A stretch of 64,000 nt of DNA, taken from the NCBI GenBank assembly GCA_963792215.1, contig CAWBVL010000007.1, forward strand, positions 134,230 through 198,229, read 5' to 3'. The number at the start of each line of letters is the position of its first letter. Position 1 is the first letter of the stretch. A model generated the notes under the pieces. The model saw only the letters and a program-made list of their open reading frames with translations, did not search any database and was not told where the DNA came from. Position numbers and translations under genes: made by a program. The stretch is from an uncultured Actinomycetes bacterium. Lineage in GTDB: Bacteria > Actinomycetota > UBA4738 > HRBIN12. Of the stretch, positions 51,280 through 61,193 are shown in pieces.

Positions 51280-53139
51280 TCAGTCCGCCACCGAGGGCTC
51301 GAGGGCCCAGCCCGTCAGCCCGACCACGATCACCAACGCGCCCGCCGCCACGAGCCACCAGGAATACAGAACCCCATAGCCGAGCAGCGGGAACCCGAAC
51401 GACACGACCAGCGGCCAGAACGACGGGCTCGGCAGATGGATCGCGTGGCCCTCGCCGTGATGCTCCTCGCCTGACCCACCCGCGGGCACGCGCACCAGCC
51501 GGCCGCTCTCGTCCTCTGCGTACTTGCGGTGCCAGAACTCGTCCAGCGAGTGCACCGTCGGGATCTCCTCGAAGTTGTAGACCGGCGGCGGGCACGCGGT
51601 CGTCCACTCGAGCGTGCGCGCATCCCACGGGTCCTCGTTCTCCAGGCCGGCCGGCTTCGTCAGGCTGCGGATCACCAGGATGATGAACAGCAGCACGCTG
51701 AGCGCGATCGTGAACGCGCCGACCGAGGACATCTGGTTCCAGAACGTGAGGCCTAGCGCCGCCGGGTAGGTGTACTCGCGACGGATCATCCCGCCGAGGC
51801 CCAGGATGTGCATCGGCGCGAACGTCAGGTTGAACCCGATCAGCAGGATCCAGAACTGCACCTTGCCCCACTTCTCAGGCAGCAATCGTCCGAACACCTT
51901 CGGCCACCAGTAGTACGCCGCGCCGAAGATCGCGAAGATCGCGCCGCCGAAGAGCACGTAGTGGAAGTGCGCCACGACGTAGTAGGTGTCGGTCTGCTGG
52001 TAATCCGACGGCACGATCGAGTGCGTCACGCCCGACAGCCCGCCGATCACGAACATCGCGATGCCGCCGATCGCGAACAGCATCGGCGTGTCCAGATGCA
52101 GATCGCCCCCGTACAGCGTCCCCATCCAGTTGAAGATCTTCACGCCGGTCGGCACCGCGATGATCGCCGTCGAGATCCCGAACGCGGTGTTCGCGACCGG
52201 ACCCAGGCCCGCCGCGTACATATGGTGCACCCACACGCCGAACCCGATGAACCCGATCGCGATCCCGGAGAACACCACGAACTGGTAGCCGAACAACGGC
52301 TTCCGCGCGAACACCGGCAGGATCTCGCTGAAGATGCCGAAGGCGGGCAAGATCAAGATGTAGACCTCGGGATGGCCGAATAACCAGAACATGTGTTGCC
52401 ACAGCAACGGCTCCCCGCCGCGGGTCGGATCGAAGAAGGCGGTATCCCACCGCCGGTCGAACAGCATCTGGAACAGCGCGACCGTGATGATCGGCAGCGA
52501 GAACGCCAGCAGGAACTGCACGACCAAGCCCATCCACACGAACACCGGCATCCGGAACAGCGACATGCCGGGCGCGCGCATGTTGATGACGGTGATCGCC
52601 AGGTTGATCGCGCCGACGGTCGACGCGATACCGGTGATCAGCAGGCCGAGCGCGTAGAACGTCATCCCGTTGCCCGGGTCGGTCGTCGAGTTCGGCGCGT
52701 ACGCGAACCAGCCGCCGTCGGGCGCGCCGCCCAGGAACCAGCTCGAGTTGAGGAACAGCGCGCCGAGCAGGAACACCCAGAACGACAGCGCGTTCAGCCG
52801 CGGGAACGCAACGTCGCGCGCGCCGATCATCAACGGGATCAGGTAGTTGAAGAACGCCGCCGACATCGGCATGACGAACAGAAAGATCATCGTCAGGCCG
52901 TGCATGGTGAAGATCTGGTTGTACTGGTCCGCGTTCAGCAGTGTGTTGCTCGGCTTGGACAACTGCGACCGGATCAGCAGCGCTTCGCAGCCGCCGAGCA
53001 CGAAGAACAGGAACGACGACAACCCGTACATGATCCCGATCTTCTTGTGGTCCACCGTCGTGAACCAGCTCCAGAAGCCCGTCGTCGCCATAGGGCGGCG
53101 CAGGATGCCTCGTTCGCGGGTCACGGTGACAGTTGCCAT
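51280..53139 (-). CDS. ctaD: Cytochrome c oxidase subunit I (A1 type)
   Basis: DHKKIG, FTMHG, GHPEVY, VWVHHM, AHFHY. Confidence 0.96.
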   Translation of the reverse strand: MATVTVTRERGILRRPMATTGFWSWFTTVDHKKIGIMYGLSSFLFFVLGGCEALLIRSQLSKPSNTLLNADQYNQIFTMHGLTMIFLFVMPMSAAFFNYLIPLMIGARDVAFPRLNALSFWVFLLGALFLNSSWFLGGAPDGGWFAYAPNSTTDPGNGMTFYALGLLITGIASTVGAINLAITVINMRAPGMSLFRMPVFVWMGLVVQFLLAFSLPIITVALFQMLFDRRWDTAFFDPTRGGEPLLWQHMFWLFGHPEVYILILPAFGIFSEILPVFARKPLFGYQFVVFSGIAIGFIGFGVWVHHMYAAGLGPVANTAFGISTAIIAVPTGVKIFNWMGTLYGGDLHLDTPMLFAIGGIAMFVIGGLSGVTHSIVPSDYQQTDTYYVVAHFHYVLFGGAIFAIFGAAYYWWPKVFGRLLPEKWGKVQFWILLIGFNLTFAPMHILGLGGMIRREYTYPAALGLTFWNQMSSVGAFTIALSVLLFIILVIRSLTKPAGLENEDPWDARTLEWTTACPPPVYNFEEIPTVHSLDEFWHRKYAEDESGRLVRVPAGGSGEEHHGEGHAIHLPSPSFWPLVVSFGFPLLGYGVLYSWWLVAAGALVIVVGLTGWALEPSVAD

Positions 53140-53156
53140 CGGTCGGGTTCGCGCTC

Positions 53157-54311
53157 CTACGAGAGGCTATAGAGGTAGGCCATCAGGTACTGGATCTGTT
53201 GTGGCGTCAGGTTGTAGTCCGGCATCTTCGCACCGAGCTTGACCGCGTTCGGATCTTCGAGCCACGCCGACAACGCGGCTTCGTTCGGCTGGCCGTTGAC
53301 GAACGTGTCGAAGTCGCACCCGGCGAAACAGGGGTGCGTCTGGTCCGCGAAGTCGGACAGGTTCGGCGCCGCCGTGCTGACGGCCGACGTCCCCCCGATC
53401 GAATGACACGCGATGCACTGCCCCGCGCCCTCGCCGATCGTCCCGGGGGTGCCGAAGAAGATATCCATCCCCTTGGCCGCGTCGCTGCCCGGGGCCGGCG
53501 TCGGCGCCGGCTGTTTCCGCGCCTGGACCCAGTTGGCCCAGTCGGTCGGGTTCAGGGCGATGATCCGGAACTTCATCATCCCGTGCTCGAGGCCGCAGAA
53601 CTCCGCGCACTGGCCCCAATAGACGCCTGGCTCCCAGGCGGAGAACACGATGTGGTTCCCTTCGCCGGCCGCGCCCGGCACGACGTCCTGTTTGCCGAAC
53701 AGGCGCGGCGCCCAGAACGAATGGATGACCTGGTGGTCGGGCGTACCGTCGGTGCTGTGCGCGCCCCCGCCCTCGGACCGCAGCGACAGGTCGATCGTCC
53801 GCCCCGCGGGGATCACCATCACGTCGGCCGTCGTGATCGGGCCGTGGTCGCCGTAGTTGACCGCCATGTCCTGGTCCATGTATTGGAAGCCCCACCACCA
53901 CTGATAGCCCTGCACGGTGATCTGCATCGCGTCGGGCGGCCGCTGCGCGAGCTTCCAGATCAACGAGATCGCGGGCACCATCACGACCGCGAGCAGCACG
54001 GCCGGCGCCACGGTCCATCCCAGTTCGAGGCGTGTGTTGCCGTGCAGCTGGCTCGGCATCCGCTCCTTGCCCTTGCGATGCCGGAACTTGAGGGCGAGGA
54101 AGAGGATGCCGCCTTCCACGCCGACGAAGACGATCCCCGCGATGATCAGTGGGACGATCAGCACGTCCTTCTCGGACTGCGCGGTCGGTCCGGCGGGATT
54201 GAAGGTGTTCTGCGGCAGGTCCTTGCCACAGCCGACCAACAGGAGCGTGAGCAGGACGGCCCCCACGACCCACAGCAGCTTCCTCGGCACCCTGCTCCTC
54301 ATCGTCCGCAT
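53157..54311 (-). CDS. ctaC: Cytochrome c oxidase subunit II with fused cytochrome c (caa3 type), lipoprotein
   Basis: Lipobox LVGC; YQWWW; CuA ligands HSFW and CAEFCGLEHGMM; C-terminal CIACH...KMP; start uncertain (54311 or 54302). Confidence 0.92.
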   Translation of the reverse strand: MRTMRSRVPRKLLWVVGAVLLTLLLVGCGKDLPQNTFNPAGPTAQSEKDVLIVPLIIAGIVFVGVEGGILFLALKFRHRKGKERMPSQLHGNTRLELGWTVAPAVLLAVVMVPAISLIWKLAQRPPDAMQITVQGYQWWWGFQYMDQDMAVNYGDHGPITTADVMVIPAGRTIDLSLRSEGGGAHSTDGTPDHQVIHSFWAPRLFGKQDVVPGAAGEGNHIVFSAWEPGVYWGQCAEFCGLEHGMMKFRIIALNPTDWANWVQARKQPAPTPAPGSDAAKGMDIFFGTPGTIGEGAGQCIACHSIGGTSAVSTAAPNLSDFADQTHPCFAGCDFDTFVNGQPNEAALSAWLEDPNAVKLGAKMPDYNLTPQQIQYLMAYLYSLS

Positions 54312-54422
54312 GTCACGTCGCCTGCGGCGAGCCGGCTGGACATTACCACCGCGTCTTGACGCGCCGGTCGTCCCCCATTTCCGTTGCACCGGTTCACATC
54401 AGCCCTGTCGCGTCCCAGCAGG

Positions 54423-55391
54423 TCATTTCGCGTACGAGTGCAATCCCGCGATCCACAGGTTCACGGCGTAATACGTGACCAGCAGCGATACGAAGCCGAC
54501 CAGTGCGACGATCGCCGCGCGCGTTCCCTTCCATCCGGCGGTGGCACGCGCGTGCAGGTACCCGGCGAAGATCACCCACGTGATGAACGACCAGGTCTCC
54601 TTCGGGTCCCAGCCCCAGTAGCGGCCCCACGTCTGCTGCGCCCAGATCGCGCCGCAGATCACGCCGAACGTCCAGACGGGGAATCCGAAGCGGATGAACT
54701 TGTACGCGAGCGCGTCGAGGGTCGCCGATGGCGGCAACCCGATCTTCTTCGAGGTCGTGGCGCTGCCGACCGGCTCGTCGGCGCCGCCCGCGTAGCCGGG
54801 GGGCGCGTCCGGGTCCGACGTCTCGACGCCGGCGCCGCCCATGATCGGCGGCGGTTTCGTGCCGGTGCGGAGCCGGTCGAGCTCGCGCCGTTCGCTCGCG
54901 GCCTTGATCAGGTACACGATCGTGAGCAGGCAGCCGATCCCGAGCAGGGACGACGCGGTGATCATCGCCGTCACGTGGATCTGACGCCAGTAGGAGTTGA
55001 GCGCCGGCATCAGCGCCGTGGGCCCGACGTAGAAGAACGAGACGGCCATCGCCATCCAGAGCACGGCCATCGCGTAGACGAATCCACCGACGGTCCGGAC
55101 CTTCGCGCGCGCCTCGATGATCCACAGGTAGCCGAGGACGACGAGGAACGTGATCATCGTCGAGTACTCGTACATGTTGCCCCACGGCGTGCGGTCCGCC
55201 GCGATCCCGCGCGTCACGATCGAGACGCCGTTGGCGACCAGGCCGATCACGCCGATCACCGTTGCGGCGGTGTGCAGCCGTTCCTTGCGGAACGCCAGAT
55301 ACGCGAACGAGCAGATCATCGCGGCGATGTAGGAGAACAACGCAACGTTGAACGCATCGGACGACAGCCGGCCCCATTGATCGGTGGTCAC
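54423..55391 (-). CDS. ccsB: System II cytochrome c biogenesis protein ResC (WWD domain)
   Basis: PWGNMYE, GAIWAQQTWGRYWGWDPKETW, GLHSYA. Confidence 0.93.
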   Translation of the reverse strand: MTTDQWGRLSSDAFNVALFSYIAAMICSFAYLAFRKERLHTAATVIGVIGLVANGVSIVTRGIAADRTPWGNMYEYSTMITFLVVLGYLWIIEARAKVRTVGGFVYAMAVLWMAMAVSFFYVGPTALMPALNSYWRQIHVTAMITASSLLGIGCLLTIVYLIKAASERRELDRLRTGTKPPPIMGGAGVETSDPDAPPGYAGGADEPVGSATTSKKIGLPPSATLDALAYKFIRFGFPVWTFGVICGAIWAQQTWGRYWGWDPKETWSFITWVIFAGYLHARATAGWKGTRAAIVALVGFVSLLVTYYAVNLWIAGLHSYAK

Positions 55392-57034
55392 GGCGACACC
55401 TCCTGCGGATCTGGCTGCGACGCCGGCTGCGATTCGCGAGCGATCGCGCCGCCGGCGGCCGTCGTCACGCCCTCGACCAACGAGGCGAACTCCTCATCGA
55501 AGTGATCCTTCCGTTGCAGCGCGAACCCTCCCACCTGCAGGACCGATCCCGTGCCGTCGGGCCGTGCCCGGACCCACACCTTGCGCCGGGAGATGTACAG
55601 CGCCGGCAGCAGGCCGAGCACGATGAGGATAGCGGCCGCCAACACCCAGGGGACGGTCGCGTCATGCGAGATCTGCAGGGTCGTGTACTGCCGCAGATCG
55701 GGGAACGCCATCGTGAGCGTCGCCGGTCCCCCGCTGTTCGGACAGGTCACGTTGCCGAGCGATGCCGGGATCGCACCGCTCGTTCCGGAGACCACGCAGC
55801 CTTGCGTCGCGTCGACGGTCCACCCCTTGCCGATCAACCCGGACGACGTCTCGTGCATGAACCGGGTGTCCAGGCTGGACAGGGAGTTATCCAGGAGCTT
55901 CCCCTGCCACACCTCGTACTGCATGAACGGCGCGTTGGCCTGGGTCATCGGCTGTGGGATGCCGGTGGCGATCGTCTGGAAATAGGCGGCCGCATCTGGA
56001 TACAGGCGGACCGCGATCGCGATCTGCGGCCGCAGGGTCGTGAGCTTGACGAACCCCGTCCACGGCTGGGCCAGCGGATTCCCGCCCGGCGGCGTCGTCT
56101 GCCCGAGCACCACCGGACCGTCGAACAGCGTCCGGTCGCCGCGTTTCACCTGGATGATCGGCGCCCAGCCGAACCCGAACTGGTAGATCCGGACCCCGTT
56201 GAACACCACCGGGTGGTTGATCCGAACGTCGGCCTGCTCGGTGGTCCCGTCCGGCGCCGCGAGGGTGAGCTCTGAGCGGAAGTCCATGGGGATCCCGCTG
56301 GTCCGGAAGTCGTCCTCGAAGTTCTGCAGCTGGATCTGGGTCCCCGAGAAGTTGCCCCCGAAGAACCGCCCGGTCCGCAGGTCGCCGTCGTAGTTGAACT
56401 GGGCGTCGGTCCACCCATAGCCCTCGACGATGGTGGCGTGGCCGACGTACCCGGTCCCCTTGCCGAGGATCACCGCGATCAGCAGCAAGAGGAACGCCCA
56501 GTGGAAGGCGAGGCTCCCGATCTCCCGCAGAGCGCCCTTCTCTGCCGCCACCGAACCGGCCGACGCGTCGAGCTCAACGCGATAATGCCTGCGGCGCAAC
56601 GCCGTCGCCGCTCCAGCGGCGGCGGCTTCCGGCGCCATCGCCACCCGCCGCTCCGCGAACGCGGGGAAGGCGTCGAGCTCCCGGGCGTGGATCGGCTTGG
56701 CCCTGGCGGCCCGGATCATCGCCCGCGACCGCGGGATCAGGCAGGCAACGAGCGACACGAACAGCAACGTCGTGATGAGCGCGAACCACCACGACCCGAA
56801 CACATCGAAGAACCCCGCCGCCTGCCAGAGCTTGGCCCACAAAGGATGATCGATCTGGTAGGCCGCCACGCGCTGCGGGCTATTGGGGATCTGCGGGATC
56901 AGCGACCCGACGACCGCCGCCGCCGCGAGCATCAACAGCAGGACGATCGCCGTCCGCATCGAGCGGAGCGTCCGCCAGACGAGCGCGACGGACTTCCGCA
57001 GGGACGACGGAGCAGAGGCGACGGGACCGGACAT
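55388..57034 (-). CDS. resB: Cytochrome c biogenesis protein ResB
   Basis: LRSMRTAIVLL, GSLIPQ, FDVFGSWWF, INHP. Confidence 0.9.
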   Translation of the reverse strand: MSGPVASAPSSLRKSVALVWRTLRSMRTAIVLLLMLAAAAVVGSLIPQIPNSPQRVAAYQIDHPLWAKLWQAAGFFDVFGSWWFALITTLLFVSLVACLIPRSRAMIRAARAKPIHARELDAFPAFAERRVAMAPEAAAAGAATALRRRHYRVELDASAGSVAAEKGALREIGSLAFHWAFLLLLIAVILGKGTGYVGHATIVEGYGWTDAQFNYDGDLRTGRFFGGNFSGTQIQLQNFEDDFRTSGIPMDFRSELTLAAPDGTTEQADVRINHPVVFNGVRIYQFGFGWAPIIQVKRGDRTLFDGPVVLGQTTPPGGNPLAQPWTGFVKLTTLRPQIAIAVRLYPDAAAYFQTIATGIPQPMTQANAPFMQYEVWQGKLLDNSLSSLDTRFMHETSSGLIGKGWTVDATQGCVVSGTSGAIPASLGNVTCPNSGGPATLTMAFPDLRQYTTLQISHDATVPWVLAAAILIVLGLLPALYISRRKVWVRARPDGTGSVLQVGGFALQRKDHFDEEFASLVEGVTTAAGGAIARESQPASQPDPQEVSP

Positions 57035-57079
57035 CGCTGTTCCGATGCTACCTGCGGCGGTTCGACCGCAGACCCGAGG

Positions 57080-57811
57080 TCACAGCAGCGGTCCGTACTT
57101 GATCAGCGGCGCCAGCCGCCGGGTGAACTCCCCCGTCGCCACCAGCACGCCGACCACCACGAGCAGCGAGCCCGATACGACGGCGATCGCGCGGTAGTGG
57201 CGCTGCACCCAGCGAGCGGAACCGGCGAGCCACTCCACGCCGAGCCCGAGCGCGATGAACGGGATACCAAGCCCGAGCGAGTAGCAGAGCAGGAGGAACG
57301 CGCCCCAGCGCGAGCTCCCCACCGCGGCCAGACCCAAGATCGCGCCCAGGACCGGGCCGACGCACGGCGTCCAGCCGGCAGCGAACGCCATCCCCAACGG
57401 CAGCGCTCCGGCGGTCCCCGGGTGCACCCGCTCGAGGAATGGCCGGCGCTCGGCGTACAACCGGATCGACCCCCGGCCCAGCGCGTACCCGATCAGCAGC
57501 ACGCCGAGGACGACGATCACAACACCGGCCACGATCTGTCCGCGCCGGTCCTTGACCAGGTGGACGAACGTCGAGGCGAACGCTCCGTACAGCGTGAACA
57601 TCACGGTGAAGCCCGCGACGAACAGCAGGATCGGCGCCAGCCGGTGCCACCGGCCGCGGCCCTCGTCGGTCACGGCCTCGCCGGTCACGAACGACAGGTA
57701 GCCCGGCACGAGCGGCAAGACGCACGGGCTCGCGAACGAGACGAACCCCGCGAGCATCGCGACCAACGGCGCCCACACATGGGTGACCGTGTCGCTGGTG
57801 TCGCCGATCAT
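57080..57811 (-). CDS. ccdA: Cytochrome c biogenesis protein CcdA
   Basis: SFASPCVLPLVPGYLS, FAAGWTPCVGP. Confidence 0.92.
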   Translation of the reverse strand: MIGDTSDTVTHVWAPLVAMLAGFVSFASPCVLPLVPGYLSFVTGEAVTDEGRGRWHRLAPILLFVAGFTVMFTLYGAFASTFVHLVKDRRGQIVAGVVIVVLGVLLIGYALGRGSIRLYAERRPFLERVHPGTAGALPLGMAFAAGWTPCVGPVLGAILGLAAVGSSRWGAFLLLCYSLGLGIPFIALGLGVEWLAGSARWVQRHYRAIAVVSGSLLVVVGVLVATGEFTRRLAPLIKYGPLL

Positions 57812-57988
57812 CGGCGGGGCGTCCGGGTGCTCACCACGGGGTCAGTCTAGGGTCGGAGCCGCGTCTGACGGTCCGGCGAGGTCCCCTCACGTGCAGCGTT
57901 TGTGACTAGACGCGCCGCCCGGGCATCATGTCGGTGTCGCCCGCGGTTGGGACACCCGGCCTACGGACGGCGAACAGGTTGAATCGCT

Positions 57989-58450
57989 ATGATTCCGCCG
58001 CCAACCGAACGGATGGGCATGGGTCAGATCGACGTCACCTCGAAGTCGCGGACGAAGCAGCGAGCGAGCGGCGTCAAGGCACGCATCGAGAACTTCCTCC
58101 GCACGTTCGAATGGAGCTGGACCTCCGCGGTCACGTTCGCGCTCGTCCTCACGTTCTTCCTCCTGATCTCGACCTCGATCATGCCGTCGTTCTGGATGTA
58201 CTACGCCGAGCAGAAGATCGGCTGGGCGGGTCCGACCGACATCGAGGCCTTCCTCAAGACCCCGTTCGGCACGAGCCTCACGAACCCGCTGTCGCCCGAG
58301 GGCTATCTGATGGTCCGCGACGCGATCGCGATGGGCCTGACCACCCTGCCGTTCGTGCTTGTCTTGGTCGTGTCGGCGGCGCTGCAGAACTGGCGCAAGA
58401 AGCTCCGCGGCGGCGAGTCCGGCGCCCGACCCACGGGTGGGTACCGCTAG
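57989..58450 (+). CDS. Hypothetical two-TM membrane protein, first gene of the Rieske/cytochrome b operon
   Basis: Two hydrophobic segments; TAG directly abuts the ferredoxin ATG; real start may be a few codons downstream. Confidence 0.7.
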   Translation: MIPPPTERMGMGQIDVTSKSRTKQRASGVKARIENFLRTFEWSWTSAVTFALVLTFFLLISTSIMPSFWMYYAEQKIGWAGPTDIEAFLKTPFGTSLTNPLSPEGYLMVRDAIAMGLTTLPFVLVLVVSAALQNWRKKLRGGESGARPTGGYR

Positions 58451-58849
58451 ATGCCGTTCACCAAGACCGAGGTCGACATCCATGACGACTACACGGTCGA
58501 GGCCGTCGACGCCGCCTGGCTCGCGCAGGGCGTGAAGTCGCCGAAGCATCTGATGCTCGACCCCGACAACTGCATCCTGTGTCGCGCGTGCGAGGACGTG
58601 TGTCCGTGGAACTGCATCTGGATGATGTCCAACGAGATCGTCGAGCAGACCGACGAGGAGTCGGTCGCCGCCGAGATCCGCTCGACCACCACCGCCCTGT
58701 TCGTGGTCGACGACAACGCCTGCACGCGTTGCTCGGTGTGTGTTGACCGCTGCCCCACCGACACCCTGTACTATGCGCGACTGCCTGAGGGCTCCGGAGG
58801 TCGGCGCGCCCTCGCGGACGTCCCACTGGACCAAGCTGAATCGGCGTAG
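58451..58849 (+). CDS. 2[4Fe-4S] ferredoxin-like protein
   Basis: [12 protein letters not shown] and [12 protein letters not shown]; no signal peptide or TM helix. Confidence 0.88.
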   Translation: MPFTKTEVDIHDDYTVEAVDAAWLAQGVKSPKHLMLDPDNCILCRACEDVCPWNCIWMMSNEIVEQTDEESVAAEIRSTTTALFVVDDNACTRCSVCVDRCPTDTLYYARLPEGSGGRRALADVPLDQAESA

Positions 58850-58887
58850 AACGGCGTACGGAGAGGCGACGGGGAGGAACGACCGGA

Positions 58888-59640
58888 GTGGCGAAGATCC
58901 AGCCGCCGAACCTGCGGGAATCTGAGGTCTGGAAGTCGATCTTCAGGCCGGGCTCGATCTATCGCAAGGGCTACAAGGACACGTCGCGCGACCGCGCGCT
59001 CGCGACGATGAACAACGTGCTGTGGCACCTGCACCCCACGAAGGTGAAGCGCCACGGGTTGAAGCTCACCTACACGTTCTGCCTCGGCGGCCTGTCGTTC
59101 TTCCTGTTCGTGCTGCTGACGATCACCGGCATCTTCCTGATGTTCTTCTACCGGCCGATGGCCGACATCGGCGGCGCGCAGGCCTACACCGACATGCAGA
59201 CGATCCGCACGTCGGTGTTCTTCGGCGACATGGTCCGCAACATGCATCGATGGGGCGCGCACCTCATGGTGCTGTCGGTGACGCTGCACATGGCGCGCGT
59301 GTTCTACACCGGCGCGTACAAGCCGCCGCGCGAGTTCAACTGGGTCGTCGGCGTCGTGCTGCTGTTCCTCACGCTCGGCCTCTCGTTCACCGGCTACCTG
59401 CTCCCGTGGGACCAGCTGGCGATCTGGGCCGTCACCGTCGGGACGTCGCTCGCCGGCTACTCGCCGTTCATCGCGAAGCAGGCCAACTTCCTGCTCCTCG
59501 GCGGCGCGATCGTGTCGCCCAATACCTTGTTGCGCTGGTACGTGCTGCACGTGCTCGCGCTGCCGTTCGTCTTGGTGCTGTTCCTCGCGGTCCACTTCTG
59601 GCGGATCCGTAAGGACGGCGGGATCTCGGGGCCGCTCTAG
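58888..59640 (+). CDS. qcrB: Cytochrome b6-like subunit (split cytochrome b, N-terminal part)
   Basis: TFCLGG, MHRWGAH...[13 protein letters not shown]-x14-HF, C-terminal GISGPL. Confidence 0.92.
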   Translation: MAKIQPPNLRESEVWKSIFRPGSIYRKGYKDTSRDRALATMNNVLWHLHPTKVKRHGLKLTYTFCLGGLSFFLFVLLTITGIFLMFFYRPMADIGGAQAYTDMQTIRTSVFFGDMVRNMHRWGAHLMVLSVTLHMARVFYTGAYKPPREFNWVVGVVLLFLTLGLSFTGYLLPWDQLAIWAVTVGTSLAGYSPFIAKQANFLLLGGAIVSPNTLLRWYVLHVLALPFVLVLFLAVHFWRIRKDGGISGPL

Positions 59641-60486
59641 ATGACCTGGGAAGAAGTCAACAAGGACATGGGCGCCTACCAGACGGCGCTCGATGCACAG
59701 ACGTCCTCGGGGGTCGACCGCCGTGTCGCCGAGGGACGCGCTCGCCGCGCCGCGGTGCGCGCCTACCTCAAGGAGCACCCCGAAGAGGAAGCCGCGCACG
59801 CGGCCCAGGCACGAACCGCTGCGCCCGCCGGCGCCCCTGCTGCTGCCGCGGCGAGTGGGAACGGCGGAGCCGCTGCGCCGGTCGCCGCACCGGTGGGCGC
59901 GGGGGTCGCCGTCGCCGCTGCGCCGATCACCGCCGCGGTGCGTGAGGCGCCGCTGCCGACCGGCAACATCCCCGAGCCGAAGAAGGGCGCGCCCGACAAG
60001 CACCGCCTGCTCGCGATCGTGCCGCCCGAGGGCATCCAGCGGGTCGAGCGCGAGCAGGGCGACCGCGTTCACACGTGGCCGCACCTCCTGCTCGAAGAGT
60101 TCATCGCGATGGCGATCCTGTTCGCCGGCTTGCTGGTGTTCTCCTCGCTGATCAACGCGCCGCTGCGCGAACTCGCGAACCCGAACCTGACCCCGAACCC
60201 GTCCAAGGCGCCGTGGTACTTCCTCGGCCTGCAGGAGCTGCTCCGCTACTTCCACCCGATGGTTGCGGGCATCGTGATCCCAACGTTCATCCTGGTCGGG
60301 CTCGCGGCGGTCCCCTACGTGGACCGCAACCCGAGCATCAAGCCCGGCGATCGCAAGGTCGCGATCACGCTGTTCGCGATCCTGTTCATGTTCGGCGCGA
60401 CCCTCACGATCATCGGTTGCTTCTTCCGAGGGCCCGGCTACAACTGGATCTGGCCCTGGACACAAGGGGTCTTCTTCGAGCTATGA
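59641..60486 (+). CDS. Cytochrome b subunit IV (PetD-like) with Ala-rich N-terminal extension
   Basis: TWPHLL, ANPNLTPNPSKAPWYF, PYVDRNP; three TM helices. Confidence 0.85.
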   Translation: MTWEEVNKDMGAYQTALDAQTSSGVDRRVAEGRARRAAVRAYLKEHPEEEAAHAAQARTAAPAGAPAAAAASGNGGAAAPVAAPVGAGVAVAAAPITAAVREAPLPTGNIPEPKKGAPDKHRLLAIVPPEGIQRVEREQGDRVHTWPHLLLEEFIAMAILFAGLLVFSSLINAPLRELANPNLTPNPSKAPWYFLGLQELLRYFHPMVAGIVIPTFILVGLAAVPYVDRNPSIKPGDRKVAITLFAILFMFGATLTIIGCFFRGPGYNWIWPWTQGVFFEL

Positions 60487-61193
60487 CGTTCCTCGCCATC
60501 TCCAACGGCACCCTCGCGGTGATCATCGTCGTGATCTTGGCCGACATCTTCTTGGTCGCGTTCCTGATCGGGTACTCCCGCCGGGCGCGCGCCGCGAAGC
60601 GTGCGGCTGCAGGCGAGCTGCCCGCCGCGCCGGCGAAGGCGGTCAGCCGCCGTGACTTCCAGCGGCGGGCGCTGCTCACGTCGGTGATGCTGTTCGGCGC
60701 GGAGTTCGGCCTGGGCACGATCGGGTTCCTGTGGCCAAACCTCAAAGGTGGGTTCGGTTCGAAGATCAACGCCGGCCCGCTGCAGGAGATCAAGTCGGAG
60801 ATCCAGACCGCGAACTACGTCTACGTCGGCGCGGCCCGCACCTACCTGGTCGCATGGAACGGCACGCCGGGCGCCGGCCTGGCCGACTACCCGGCCGAAG
60901 GCGTGACGTCGGACGGCGTGATGTCGCTGTACCAGCGCTGCGTGCACCTCGGGTGCCGTGTCCCGTTCTGCAACTCGTCGAAGTGGTTCGAGTGCCCGTG
61001 CCACGGCTCGAAGTACAACAACGCCGGCGAATACAAGCTCGGACCGGCGCCGCGCGGCCTGGACCGGTTCCAGATGTCAGTCGTCGACGGGAGCGTGATC
61101 GTCGACACCTCGACGATCAAGCTCGGCCCGCCCCGCGGCACGAATACCACCGACCAACCGCTCGAAGGCCCCTTCTGCGTGGCGCCGGGATGA
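60483..61193 (+). CDS. qcrA: Rieske iron-sulfur subunit
   Basis: SRRDF Tat-like motif; CVHLGC, CPCHGSKY, GPAPRGL. Confidence 0.93.
   Translation: MTFLAISNGTLAVIIVVILADIFLVAFLIGYSRRARAAKRAAAGELPAAPAKAVSRRDFQRRALLTSVMLFGAEFGLGTIGFLWPNLKGGFGSKINAGPLQEIKSEIQTANYVYVGAARTYLVAWNGTPGAGLADYPAEGVTSDGVMSLYQRCVHLGCRVPFCNSSKWFECPCHGSKYNNAGEYKLGPAPRGLDRFQMSVVDGSVIVDTSTIKLGPPRGTNTTDQPLEGPFCVAPG

Noticed and set aside
57886-57905. TCAC...TTGTGA in the ccdA/bc divergent region as a second Rex site
   Set aside because: Half-sites are in the wrong order and spacing; only one TTGTGA half matches
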